Source: Octopus bimaculoides (taxonomy: Eukaryota). Taken from it: 64,000 bases of DNA. Below the pieces are notes generated by a model. It was given only the letters and a program-made list of their open reading frames with translations, had not been told where the DNA came from and did not search any database. Location: positions 70,705,661 through 70,769,660 of the forward strand of contig NC_068988.1 in assembly GCF_001194135.2 (NCBI RefSeq), given 5' to 3'. The translations under genes were made by a program, and so were the position numbers. Below are positions 1 to 13,092 of the stretch, in pieces (position 1 is the first letter of the stretch; each line of letters opens with the position of its first letter).

Positions 1-211
1 TTTAAAGAATATGGCTAGGAACGAGGAAGATATGTTTGAATTTTTGGAAATAAGGCTCTAAATAGAGCTATTTCCGATTTGAAAAATATATGTTCACGAA
101 GTATTTTGTGTTATACACAACTTATACAAAATTTTAAAACAAAATAGGTATTTTAAGAGGTGTAAAATGCAACTTACATGGGAGCCGATGTGTCTACCGT
201 CCGTCCATGAT

Positions 212-323
<112 letters not shown>

Positions 324-829
324 TAGTGTCCTAAAATGTATATAGACTTTGCATTATTATAAAGTCAGTATTTATGTTAATTATTAAACTTTCACTTTGA
401 AAGTTTAATAGAATTTACAGACATAATTTAATTGGACGATATTGGAACGCTTTCACTGTGATAAATATAGACAATACTGCCATGTTTTTTAATTATACCA
501 GGTTGTGGTATTATAATCATTAACGTTTCTCTTGACTAAAACATTGCTTAATGGCAAATGTCAACAAGAACCAATATTTTCATTATCAATTATACATTAT
601 ATGTGTGTGTAAAGGACAGACAGAGGGTGTGCGTGTGTTTTTGCTTTTATGTACATGCAAGTATGTATAACCGAAAATAGATGTACCTTGTTAATATCAA
701 AATAGATTAATATATTGTCTCACTTGTTGCCAGCCAGTCAATGCATCTAGCAAATTATAACTGAACGATAGAACTCATTTTGTTTATAGAAGGAACGGTG
801 ATACATCATTATTTTTATATTCCTCTCCA

Positions 830-915
830 TCATAACAATCACCACCACCATCATCATATTCTTCTTCTTCCCTTTCTTTTCTTCTTCTTCTTCCTCTTAT
901 TCATCTTCTTCTTCA
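830..915. repeat. Degenerate (CAT/CAC)n followed by (TTC)n microsatellite
   Basis: Trinucleotide runs; explains the poly-H/poly-F ORF 780..1001. Confidence 0.9.
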
Positions 916-2366
916 CAGACCGCATAGGTCTTTATTACAGTATGTCACACTGCAATCAAACATATTCAAACAGTTGTTTTATTTTTAATCTCAACATATA
1001 AGACACCCATTTAACTGCCATACATTTTGTAACTTGCATTTTTGGAGATAACTACAAAGGAAAATGTAACACACTTGTCACTTTGTTTCTTCTCTCTTAC
1101 CCTTAATAAACAATAGTCAAATTCATGTCCACTGGTAATGCCCTCTTCAAACATGACTACCAAACTATAATTAATTCTGGAGACGGCGATCTTTTTTTGG
1201 TGAAAATAGACGAAAGAGATGCTAAGCTGATTCTCTTTCAACGTTCTTGAAATGAAATTCGATACGAGTCTCGTAACCGCAAATATTATTTTCAAATGAC
1301 AGTGAAAGCCAATGTATAATAAATCATGCATTTAAAAGTATTTTCATGTCACTATTGTTTTCTCAGGAAAGTTGGGTAAAAGCATATTTGTTATTTCAGA
1401 GATAAACATTTTTCACATTTGTGAAGTCATACTTAACATTATCAATGATCACTGTAGATTTTGTATCACTTATTTCTTATTGATTTCTATTAATACTCTA
1501 TGAATAATGAAATACTTACTGTTCTTATATGTAATGTTGAAACGTAGTATATAAAATAAAGAAGCTGTATCATTATGTAATTAAAGTATCAGATTATAAT
1601 TTTCAGATGAGTAATAAAAACATGTCACTTACATTGGCCGGAGTTATTTAGAAAGTATCTGATTATACCAGTTCCTATTCGAGAAATGAGTTAATATTAA
1701 CAAGGCACATAACATCTATTAACACTGACATGTCATAAAGCATAAATATTTAACACAATATCGGCTCCATATTCGTACAAGTAAAGCATATGACGTACAA
1801 TCCTACATCATACAACACAACAGAGCTTATCAAAATTTGTTCTTATGTTTTAAAATCGTCATCATGGAATAACTTATTACTATGTAACTTATTGAACTTA
1901 CACATTTCTATGATGTATTATTGTATTGAAATTTATCCAAAATTTGAACTTACAGTACTCTTTAAATCTTATTGAACATTTAAATTTTCATGTAATTTTT
2001 GTTTTGAAATCTATTTATTATATAAATTTTGAGCATGCATTATTGCTATAGAAATTCTTCTGCATTCTATTCCTTTTAAAGTTTCACACAAGAGGAGTGG
2101 ATTGTTAAAAAGTATAAAATCCATGTTCTAAGGGAACCGATATAGTTCAGTAAATGCCTTTATGAAAGTTGTGAAAGAGTTCAGCGAGTTCACTTACTGT
2201 GAATAATAAATGTATGTAACGCTATTTTCCCTTGATCATCGTGATGCCTGATAGATATGGCAGGAAGCGGAAGCTCTGCGAAGAGGCAAAGGGAATCACC
2301 AAGTAACGCCAAATATATAAACTCAGCTATATATTATGTGTACTCCTTCACCTGAAACAAACATTT

Positions 2367-2423
2367 GTGTGTGTGTGTGTGAGTGTTGAAGAGTACACGA
2401 GTGTGTGATAGATAGACAAACAA

Positions 2424-2480
<57 letters not shown>

Positions 2481-2482
2481 CA
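2367..2482. repeat. (TG)n + (GATA)n compound microsatellite
   Basis: Direct reading. Confidence 0.95.
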
Positions 2483-2988
2483 GGTATGTTGAATACGATA
2501 TAAAATATAGTATAGTAGTAAAATGCAAATATAGGCTTTAATAGATTTGATACCAATTTCTAATAATTTCAAATTTAATCAATTTCGCTTCAACGATAAA
2601 AGGTTTCTATTTGTCTGTCTCTTAAATTTTTACTATAGCTTCATATATATATCTATTTGTTATGACATCTGTCAGAGTTTATATTTCAAGCACCAACAAG
2701 ATATGATTTCTTTGAAATGTCACTTATTGATAAACCTGCCTAGGAAAAGAAATACAAAAATAAACCAGATATTAATGTATAACAGATAATTCTTCAAATA
2801 ATTTCTTTTCACAATTTCTGAATGAAATGCTTTACAGCAATAAATACCTTTACTTTTTTTGTTCCATGTTTTAGCTTCCTTATGATCTTTACATGTTTAA
2901 AAATTTTGTTATTTTCTAAATAATAATTCTAATGTATGCATGTATGGATGCGTGCATATATACACGCATAAGTACATACATATGTTCG

Positions 2989-2989
<1 letters not shown>

Positions 2990-3025
<36 letters not shown>

Positions 3026-3082
3026 ACAGACACACACACACACACACACATATATANNNNNNNNNNNTATATATATATATAT
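2990..3082. repeat. (CA)n/(TA)n microsatellite with an 11-N gap (3057-3067)
   Basis: Direct reading. Confidence 0.95.
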
Positions 3083-3842
3083 GCGTATATATATGCGCTT
3101 GGTCTTAAAGATATACATAGGTGAATGGATAAATATATATAAGAACCATGTTTCTCTGCTCATCCTACGCACACTCAGATGAAGACTATTTTGAAATAAT
3201 CTAATATTTATTAGTCAATTGCTATAATTCCACCTACCTGCACCAAATGTGCTAGATGGTCGTTACATTCTACCGCCCATGAGGACTATACCGGGATTTG
3301 AACAGAAGGTATCTTTACCGAATAAATACAGTAAGGAATATAATATCACGTTCTTTCAGTTCTGCAATACACCGAGATCTGTTTGTACTTTCGAACAGGC
3401 AAACATTTACGCAGTGAGATTTGAAACTAAAACAGATACAGAACTAATATTGCATGGCACTTTGTCCGGCGTTTAAGTAACTCTGACAATGCGATGCCTT
3501 GTAGCCACAGCATATAAAAAAGAGCGAGTGAATTTATTCAATTTATTCATTGAATTTACATATACAATTTAGGGCATATATTGTTTGTGTTTTATTTTTG
3601 GTGACGTTGATTGTTTCCTTGAGAAGATATTTGAAGACGAAAGAGAAACGTAAGTTAAAACAGTGAACGATTAGTGAAGCCTTCAGTTTTATTTCTTCTC
3701 TTTATGTAGTTCATTCTTTTGACACGTAGTTACATATAATTAGTGGTTACATGAAATATATGAATCTCACATCAATGGTGCGTATCTGTCAATGGTGTCA
3801 AATATAATATCTTCCCCCCACCCCACCCCACTCTTATTTTCG

Positions 3843-3985
3843 TCTTCAGTGATTGGACTGCGGGCATGTTGGGACACTACTTTGAAGCATTTTAGGACAA
3901 ATTAACTCTAGAACTTATTTTTTTAAAGTCTGATTCACTGCCGAACCACAACATTATGGGGACGTAAACAAACCTACACCTGTCA
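3843..3985 (-). mobile_element. SINE family B, 3' tail fragment
   Basis: ttcagtgattggactgcgggcatgttgggacactactttgaag...gccgaacc...ggggacgtaaac aligns by eye with the tail of the full copy at 62485-62871. Confidence 0.75.
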
Positions 3986-5950
3986 ACCCAACAAATTAAA
4001 ATCCTCTCAAAAGAAATGAAATTCATTCCAGCACCACAAAACCCTAGCCTCAATGAAATACATGCTGATGTCTCACACATCTTCAGAAAATTACGCCTCA
4101 CAGAAGACGTTTTTGACAAGGAAAATAATAACGACGAATCAATGGTTCGCAATAAAAACAATTACAATCCTACAAAAGGCAGGAACAAAACTCTGGACAC
4201 ATTTTGTGACTACATATCAAACTTTCCACATAGTGAACTACCACAACCTAAACCCAAATTCAATACCAGTAAAAGGGAATGGAGATCATTTACCAGTTAC
4301 AAAACAATCATGACATCACAATCAAGGAAGCAGATAAGGATCGTACTGTCATAATTATGGACACAGAACGACACAAAAACTTTGTATCTCACCTCTTACA
4401 AAATTCTACCTTCTATGAAAGAGTAGTCAACTACCAACAATCAAAAACAATTTCCAAATTAAACACACTCATTTGCCAACATTAAAATAGCTTTACGGGA
4501 AAGGAATGCAACTACCTAACATATTTTGATGGCAAAACCCGCAACCGCTACGGGCTTTCGAAAATCCATAAGAGTAAAATAATTACCGAAGCTTGCAAAA
4601 AGTCCACCTCAACCTGCATCAATGCACCACAACCCACTGATCTCAAACTGAGACTATTTATGTCAGATCCGAACTGTTAGACACACAAATTAAGCAACCT
4701 CATTGATATACTCTTCAAAACCAATACTTAAACACATACCAAGTATTATAAGAGAAGACCTGGACCTCCTAAAGCACCTTCCCACACATACCAATAAAGA
4801 CATATTCATCGTGACTTTTGATGTGATAAAGCTTTATACTACGATCCCACATCAATATGGACTGGAAGACATTAAATTCTGGCCAAAGAAATACCCCAAT
4901 GTGGTCCCGAAAAGAATAAAGAAAAAATTTATCATCGAAAGCCTTAAGTTTATCCTCCAAAACAACTTTTTAAATTTTAATAATAATACCTACAGAGAGG
5001 CATCAGGAACTGCAATGGGTACTAAAATTTCCACAACGTATGCCAATCTGTTGGTGACCTACCTAGAATTACAAATTTATGAACAATTCAAATCAAAATA
5101 CGCCCTGTCTTTCCACAAATACATGTTGCAGAATTCGAAACGCTACTTGGATTACTGCATCATCTTATGGTCTCACACATTCGATCAACTCAATGAATTC
5201 AAAAAAAATTTATCAACAGTGTCAACAACCATATCCAATTTTTAATGGAATATAGTCAACACCAACTCACATTTCTAGGCATTCTTATTATAAAAAAGGC
5301 ACCAACATTGAAGCTGACATCCACTACAAACCAACTGGTCCCAAACAATACCTCCTGTACAACTCCGTTCACCCAAAGCACACGAAGACAAACATCCCCT
5401 TCAATCTAGCGAGAAGAATCTGTACAGTTGTCTCAAATTATAGAACGCGAAATAAAAGACTCCAAGAACTAAAGGCAATTCTTCTCGAAAGACAGTACCC
5501 AGCATCATTAGTTGACAATGGAATAGAACGGGCCAGACAATCGATATGCAAGACTTACGAAAACCTAAACACACTCAAGGTACGTTAAACAGTCTTCCAT
5601 ACCTCTCAATACACAATCCAAGAAATTCAAAATCTTACACGATTATATACAAGAACATCTCATTACTGAGACAAGACCCACGTCTAAAAAAAGCACTCAA
5701 AATCCATAAAATAATGGATTTTCAACGAAACTCTTTGCCTCGTAAGCGTGTTTAAACATTCACAGGCTACAATCGTATAGAAATCATCAAAACTTGTATG
5801 TCCGATCTGGTGATAAAACCATAATCTTAAAGAGGAGGCCTCTCTATGAAGGTTGGATAGCTTTCATCCTATCATAGGACGTTTGTATTTCTCCTAATTG
5901 TGTTTTCCTTCTTCGTCAAATCTTATTCGACGATGTCTATGTATAATGTT
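3985..5950 (+). mobile_element. Penelope-like retroelement (Neptune-like), degraded RT, no visible GIY-YIG endonuclease
   Basis: Frameshifted PLE motifs: LSKEMKFIPAP, ITIKEADKDRTVIIMD, FDVIKLYTTIPH, GTAMGTKISTTYANL, RYLDYCIILW, and thumb DIHYKPTGPKQYLLYNSVHPKHTKTNIPFNLARRICTVVS. Confidence 0.9.
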
Positions 5951-6994
5951 AGGGAAGTTGCGTTAAAAAACGTTGTTCATTGTTCATTATATCTTGAAGT
6001 ATGAAATTCAAAGCGTTGAGATGTTGATGCTACATTGGAACTTTAACCCATGTTAATAGTTGACCATTATGCAAAAGGCGGCCAGTTGTACATTTAGGAG
6101 AGATGTCGCAGGCTCATGCTGATTACACTAGAAACTGTGGGAAACATAATTTGACATATTGGATTGACGTTCTAAGAGCATTTTCCAGTCATTTAAAGAT
6201 TTTATTTAGTATTTTCGCTCATATTTTAATTTTGCTAGTTAAGTATTACAACCAGAAGCTGGGAATCTTGTCATTAACATGTACTTTACAGTCCTGTGAT
6301 TTGAAAAGTGATTAAGCTATTTCTGGAGTTGATATCAACTTTCACGGCTGATAATGTATTACATTTGATACTTTGCACAATCAGGTGATTGATGATAGCA
6401 TACTTATCCTTCCACTTATTGATGGTTCCACGTTGATTTCTATATCGTTTTTATCTAATTCTTGGCAGAATTAGTTCGATAAACTCTGTATTAAGTTCAG
6501 CTATTTATTTTATTCAAACTTCGCTGGCGCCTTTACGATTTTCCGAGATAATCTTCTTTCTGACGTTCTTTCATTTTGAGTATGTTTATTTCAAAATCCG
6601 CAAAACTGTATCATCCTTCTACATAACTTGTCACTAGCATAAATAGTTATATCTCATTCTGAATGTTCCAAATACAAATGGGAAGATAGACAAGAATCTT
6701 AACCAGTATAATGTTATTCTATAAATTGATGAGTTACGTCTATGTATATTGTTATATTTTCAGTTCCCTTTTGCGCAATATAAATATTTGGCAATCGATG
6801 TCAATAATTAACATATTATTTTCAGTTTTAGCCTGGAGATCGATGTCGGGCATATTATTGTTTTCTACGCGTATGTTGATCTTCTATGGTATTCTCTTCC
6901 CCCGGTGGTAGAATATAGAGAAAGTACGCCATCTTTTGTATGGTAAAGAAAAAGTAAGTAAAATTGTTTTAAACGATTAAAAATTGATGATTTA

Positions 6995-7168
6995 ACAGAT
7001 AATGAACAGTAAAACGTGACTGCCTGAGAGTGGGGCTCAGGTAAGACGTTCATCCTCATTGCGTATATGCATTTCCTTCATCGTTTTGTATTTTTATGTC
7101 CCCACTGGTGTTGACTGTCCTTGTACCGTCCCTTCTATATTGCGCCTTTATGGCGAATAAAGAGAACA
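6995..7168 (+). mobile_element. 3' end (3'UTR) of a LINE related to the element at 16565-18220
   Basis: gaacagtaaaacgtgactgcctgagagtggggctcagg...ctgtccttgtaccgtcccttctatattgcgcctttatggcgaataaagag parallels 18070-18220. Confidence 0.6.
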
Positions 7169-7179
7169 ATGTTACGATC

Positions 7180-7985
7180 ATTTCGACTTCGTACATGTTT
7201 GTGCATTGTTCCAAAGGTCAGCAACGTTTATTGAAAGATGCTTATTGTTGTGGTTTTTGACACTTGTTTTTGCTGCCTTGTGGCAGTTTTGTTAACGCTG
7301 TTCCCCTTATTTGAAGAGAGCAGCGCTGTTTCGTAAAAAAAATGATTAATTTTGAGAACTTCAGCTCTTCGGTGTTCTCTTCTTCAGAGGAGAAACGAAT
7401 AAAAGCCCTGGAAGACGCAGAAAGAAAAATGGACTTCGCAACGGTGACCAAAGGCCACCGAAAACAAATTGATTTGCGAGAAATCAGAAAACATAAGCTG
7501 AGATTAAGAAACAATGTAGGGTGAGAAGGAGACAAGAATTATCTACAGAACATTTTCTGTGAAGAAATACAAAACTGAGGTAATGACGGTTGCCCGAATT
7601 GAAAGGGCGTTAAAGCCAATATGGAGAGAAATTGCTTACCTAGGCTGGGGCCGGAAGTTTGAAACTATGGAGGTGCGGTTCCGAGATGCAATGACCGCCA
7701 GGCTGCACTCGGCAAACCCTTTAAAAACGGAGGAGGTTCTATACCATATACCTTGGAAGACGTGCTTCCAGAGTAAGCGTAGAAAACACACCCACAGAAA
7801 TAGACATAGCCTGGTTAGTGGACGCTATCTTGCTCGGCCTGGAGGAGAAGGTGGTGGTCTTCCAAGCCACTTGTGCTTCCTACAAGAATTGGCAGGGGCA
7901 GGGTATTGATATGTTGATCCAGGCCGCCCCGGAAGACCTAGAACAGATGATGGAAACTATAACAATTGAAGACACAATACTATGT
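7180..7985 (+). mobile_element. Diverged, 3'-truncated LINE 5'UTR + ORF1 remnant (L1/Tx1-like gag)
   Basis: 5'UTR acacttgtttttgctgccttgtggcagt matches acacttgtttttactgccttacgacagt near 16636. Peptide VRFRDAMTARLHSANPLKTEEV matches VQFREVATARLHSTTPLKTKEV at 17087+. Confidence 0.8.
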
Positions 7986-8264
7986 TTCCATAGGTGAATT
8001 ATTCAAAACTCGAAGAAATCCTCTGAACACATAGCTATGATGCTCCCCCACTACTTCTGTTCGTGATCAGAGATGAACCTATTGTCAGACACGAAGGGAA
8101 CTGCTCAACTGGTTAAGATCAAACAACTGACAAGCAAATCTATGGTAGATTATTTGCTGTAGCCCGTCTTTTACACTAAGACAAAACAAGTACATGATAA
8201 CACTTCCAATCAGTTAAGATCAGAAGGTATTAGTACCAGTTCTAGGTATTGCATCGGGGTTACC

Positions 8265-11200
8265 ATCATTATTGTTGTTGTTGTTGTTGTTCTGAAAGAC
8301 TCTCAGATAATTCTTAATTACAGGTTATTCTTTACTTGACAGCAGGCAATAGCAAATCACCAAAGGTTTCAAGCAGTGTCTTCTCCTGTGACTCAAGGAG
8401 ACAATACTCTCCTTAGAATGCGAGCTGTACCCAACAAAGCTGTTTTCTAAATCCCCTCGAGCCTGACAGAAGCTCCAATATTTAATTCTTTATTGCCCAC
8501 AAGGGGCTAAACATAGGACAAACAAGGACAGATAAAGAGACTAAGTCGATTACATCGACCCCAGTGCGTAACTGGTACTTATTTAATCGATCCCGAAAGG
8601 GTGAAAGGCAAAGTCGACCTCGGCAGAATTTTAACTCAGAACGTAGCGGCAGACGAAATACTGTTAAGCGTTTCGCCTGGCGTACAAACGATTCTGCCAG
8701 CTCGCCACCTTCCTGAAGCTCCAATATTCTTAATACGTTTTTCAAAGCCTTTTGAAACTGCTACTAACGCTCTAAGTACCTCCGGTATCATGATTACATT
8801 TTCCATGCCCCATAACTTTCCTATCTCGTCCCGTAGTGGCTGGTATTTCTCAATCTTTTTTTGTTTCCTTACATTTCACCCTTGAATCGCCTGGTATTGC
8901 AACATCCATTATTTTTACTTCTTTTTCATGTTTATGAATGAGCACGTTTCGCTTCTATGACTTGGTCACTCTGCATTTTAAAATCCCAGAGTATTTTGTA
9001 ATGTTCGCTTTCCATTACTCCCTCTGGCTTGTGTTTATACCATTGTTCCGTTTTGTCGGGGTTTGCTTTACCGCTCAACAGCCAGTGGACATATCTCGCC
9101 ACATTGTCGTGTCTCCTTTTGTATTCGCGTTGTGCGAGCTTACAGCTCTCACTAATAATATGGCTTATACTTTCTCCATTCACAGAACACATCCTACACT
9201 GTGGCGAGTCGGTGCTTTTATCGATGTGATATTTGGAATAGTTTGTTCTGAGAGCTTGTTTTTGAGTGCTGCACACTAAAGCCTCAGTGGACCCTTTTAA
9301 GTCTCCTTTCTGCAGCCATTGCCAAGTTCTGTTCCAATCAATATCATCTTTATTCTTCAAGAAATGACTGCATTTTTTTGTCTTGCCAAATTTTCTTCAT
9401 CTGCTCTCTCTGGTTTTCTTAAATGGCGTTGCATCTATGGATTCGTTCACTTTTAAGGTTCTATGCATTTTCACTGCTTCAATTATTTCTTCTTTACTGC
9501 CCTTCACTTACATATCCAGGTTATTCTTCTCTCTCCTTACACAACCTTCACAACACACCAATCCCCATCCTCCTTTCCTCTTTCCTCTTTACATACAATC
9601 TTGACATATCACTCTTGGGGTGTAGTTCCTTGTTCATTGCCATTAATTTACGCGTCCTCCGGTCTATCTCTTGTAATTCATGCTTCTTTCAAGATACTAT
9701 TCCTGCCCCATATCTCTTTAAAGCAACCACCCACGTGTTAATTTCCCTAATCTTATAGCGGCCATTTAGCTTTGATTAGTGCACAAGCTGAGTTCTGCTC
9801 AAATACTCTTTCCTCTACATTTCTTTCATTTTGTGTTCATTCATCTTAACTCTTTCAATCATACCTAGGTAATTATATCCTTACTCTCCGACTTCCTATA
9901 TAGTTTCCCCACTTTTCAGCTTAATCCCATGATTTTATTGATTTTCCCCTTTTTGGGAATCATTGCTTTACATTTCTCGATCCCAAATTCTATGCCAATA
10001 TCTTTGCTAATCATCTGCACGGTTGTCGTCAAACTCTCAATTTCTTTCTCAGTCTTAGCAAAATAGCTTTAGGTCATCCATAACCCACAAGTTGTTTACT
10101 TTCACCCTGCCTAGCATGTAACCCACACGCATCTTTCTTACTACGCTCGTTAATGGCAGTTTGTAGACAACAAATAAGAGAGGTAACAGACTGTCCCCTT
10201 GATAGATTCCTCTCTTGATATTTACCTCTCCTAACTTATCTCCCCATGTTGTGAGTTCAGTTTGCCACATTGTCATTCACTTTTGTATTAACTTCAGGAT
10301 ATTGTGGGAGGCCTTATTCAGTTTAAGGTATTCAATAATTGACGAGTGCGAGACAACTAACGTCATATGCTTTCCTGTAGTCCACCCATGATATCGCCAA
10401 GTTTTTGTGTCTCTTCTTGTAGTCAGTCAGGATAGTCTTATCGCTTAGTCATTCATTCTTCGTTCCTCTGCTCTTACGTCTACACTGTTTTTGTTCCACT
10501 GGTAGTAGGTCGTTCTCATCTAGGTACTTATAGATGCTGTTTGATATGATGCCCGTCATTAGTTTCCACATCAGTGGCAAACAAGTATTGGTCGGAAATT
10601 TCCAACTGAATTTCCTTTACTTGGGTCCTTGTGGCATAGTACCGTTCTTCCATTTGTCATCCAGGCCGGTACTTGGATGTCATTATTCAGTATTTCGTCC
10701 ATTTGTCTCGCAATTCTCCTGTGCAGAGCTGTCGGGTTTTTAAACCAAAAGTTCTGATCCCCATCTGGGTCAGGCGCTTTCAAGTTAGGAATTTTCCTGT
10801 CTAATCTCTAATCATTTCCTCGGTTATTCTCAAATCCTCCTGCTGATACTCTCCACTCTCCTCTTTGAGTGTTATTAACCACTCTGCTTCAGTTTCTTAT
10901 TGTCTTTACTGAGACCATATGTTTGACCAGAGTCTTTTGCTTTCATCAGCATCCGGCACAGCTTTTTCACCTTTTTCTTTCCCATCCAGTTCCTGATAGA
11001 CACGTTTCTGATTTTGTTCGAAAAGTCTGTTTAATCTGTACTGCTCAATTATCTGTTCATATTTCCTTAGTTTACGTGCTTTAGCTTTCAACCTCTATTT
11101 TAATCCTTCCATCACAACATTGGTTCCCTTTCTTTTCATCCTACACTTCCACTCTAGCTCAACATATTTCACTCACTGAACTTAATTTCTTTTTTTTCCA

Positions 11201-11865
11201 TTCCAGAATATTAACATATTTTCGGGTTTTGTTAATAGACTGCGTTATTCTCCTTTTCCACCATAGTTCCTTCGAGTTATACTAACATTTACCTTTGGCT
11301 TTCAAACCTAACTTCCGGGCTATAAAGATCGAGATTGCATTTATCAGATTGTTGCTGTCTGTGATGTTGTCAGTCTTGCTATCACCAGTGATATCATTTA
11401 TCTTCCTCACCCATTTTGAGTTTCTTTTTTTGTCTACTTTTTGAAACTCCTTATGAAAGCTCTGTTGAACGGGGGTTCAAATATCAATGGATATCTGTTT
11501 CTTGGTTCTCTCATCAATAATATCAGCCTCATGCTCGTTTTCTTCCTTTAACTCTACGGCCATAGTTTCACTTTCTGCATTCTATTCCTCATCTTCCGCT
11601 CACCGTTTGTCTTAATATCCCTAAGCACCCGTCGAGTAATGCTTTCTTGTTCAACTGGAGATAACCATTCATTCTTTCTTTTGGCTCTAGTTTGGTAACA
11701 CAGATTTTGTTCACTTAATTCAAATAGGCCTCCGTCGCTCCATGCCCTGTCCTTTCTTTTCCTATATCCCCTAGCGGGTACTTCATTATGATTTCTCGGA
11801 TTATCCAGGAAGTAGCACTCTATTACAGCCACATACATTTCTTTCATCCACCTTCTTTTAGCAGT
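8265..11865 (-). mobile_element. R4/Dong-clade non-LTR retrotransposon, near full-length ORF, degraded
   Basis: N-terminal KRRWMKEMYVAVIECY..RGYRKR, RT KAPDPDG..FWFK, GIYQGDSLLPLLF, MDDLKLF, CCHC QCRMCSVNGESISHI, RLE ILWDF..SD..DVAIPGD..KIEKY, terminal KTALLGTARILRRVL, (AAC/AAT)n tail at 8265-8291. Confidence 0.93.
8487..8711 (-). mobile_element. tRNA-derived SINE family A (tail type 1) inserted into the R4/Dong element
   Basis: Reverse complement of the copy at 39404. Perfect 14-bp TSD gaagctccaatatt at 8469-8482 and 8715-8728. Confidence 0.93.
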
Positions 11866-11888
11866 TATGATCATTATTATTATTATGA

Positions 11889-11923
<35 letters not shown>

Positions 11924-11932
11924 GCTATTATT
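11865..11932. repeat. (ATT)n = (TAA)n microsatellite between two R4/Dong elements
   Basis: Direct reading; includes an 18-bp tandem duplication ttatgatcattattatta (11865-11882, 11883-11900). Confidence 0.95.
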
Positions 11933-12972
11933 CAGTAGTCTAAATTTTATCATGTGCTTTCACTGCACTACCGGGCGCAGCGCTGTAAACCTTAGGTATT
12001 CGCTGTGGTTTGTTGTGGTGCTCTTATTTTCACTGTACTGAAAGTGTTTTACGTAGGATGTGTGCGGTGCCTAGTAGAGCTATTTTCTGTAAATTATATA
12101 TACTTGTAAGTCCTAGTGTTTTTGTTATGTATTTGTCTGAATGTCTTTTTTTTATCATACCTAATGCGCCTGCTATGATAGGAATTGTTTCTGTTTTTAG
12201 GCTCCACTTTCGTGTTACTTTTATTTCCAGATTTTTGTACTTTGAAAGTTTCTCCGTTTATTTTAGAGAAACATTGTCATCTGTTGGTTGTGAGACGTCG
12301 ATTAGAAAGCATTTTTTTTCTTGGTGATTTCTGACAACTATATCCGGCCTATTGGCCTTAATTTCGCTATCTGTGTCTGTATATATTGGCAAATCCCAGA
12401 GATTGGTGGCTTTCTCGTTTTCTGTGACCTTTTCTGACGTGTACCTATACCATCTTTTTTTCTGTTGCTATTCCATAGTGTTGGCATAGCTTCCAGTGTA
12501 TATAGGTCCCAACACTGTCGTGTCTATGAATATATTCCTTCTTAGCCAGGACTGGGCAGCCAAAGACAATATGATCTGTTGTTTCTTCTCCATCTCCACA
12601 CATTCTGCAGTTACTTGTATTTCTTTTTCTTACATGTTTTTGGTAATTTCTGGTGAGTAGGCTTTGATCTTGTGCTGCAATTAAGAATCCTTCAGTCCCT
12701 GCTTTGAGCTCTGAACTTCTCAGCCATTGCTGGAATTTTGCTCTGCCTATTTATTTTCTGTTTAGTTTAACCCAATATTTGCCATGAAGGGGCTTTTCTT
12801 GCCATCATTTTATCATGATCCGTTGCTGTTCCAGTTTTAGTTGGATTTCAGTTGTTTTACAGCTTTTGTTGTTTCTTCTTTTTCTTCATAGTTGTTAGGT
12901 ACTATGACTTCTTTTTTGTATTTTCCAGCTTCCTTAAAAACTGCAAACAGTTGTTTTTATTTTTGTTCTTGG
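11933..12972 (-). mobile_element. Second R4/Dong-clade element, 5'-truncated (C-terminal CCHC + RLE)
   Basis: WQEKPLHGKYW, EGFLIAAQDQSL, NCRMCGDGEETTDHIVFGCPVLAKKEYIHRHD, LWDLPIYTDSEIKANRPDIVV, QKIALLGTAHILRKTLSVQ*. Confidence 0.92.
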
Positions 12973-13092
12973 TGTTATTATTATCATCATCATTACAACT
13001 ACTACTACTACAACTACTACTACCATCATCACCACCAGCACCACTACTACTATTATCATTGCCACCATTATCATTATCATCATCATCATTAT
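12973..13092. repeat. Mosaic trinucleotide microsatellite (ATT/CAT/TAC/CAC)
   Basis: Direct reading; explains the poly-Y/H ORF 12892..13152. Confidence 0.9.

Noticed and set aside
1011-1331. 106-aa minus-strand ORF, and an alternative plus-strand terminal-exon reading near 1117-1250
   Set aside because: Mutually exclusive readings with no recognisable homology.
3228-3476. About 80-codon plus-strand open frame (..DGRYILPPMRTIPGFEQKV..)
   Set aside because: No ATG start, no recognisable family, and it overlaps an alternative minus-strand exon candidate (3426-3319); unresolved.
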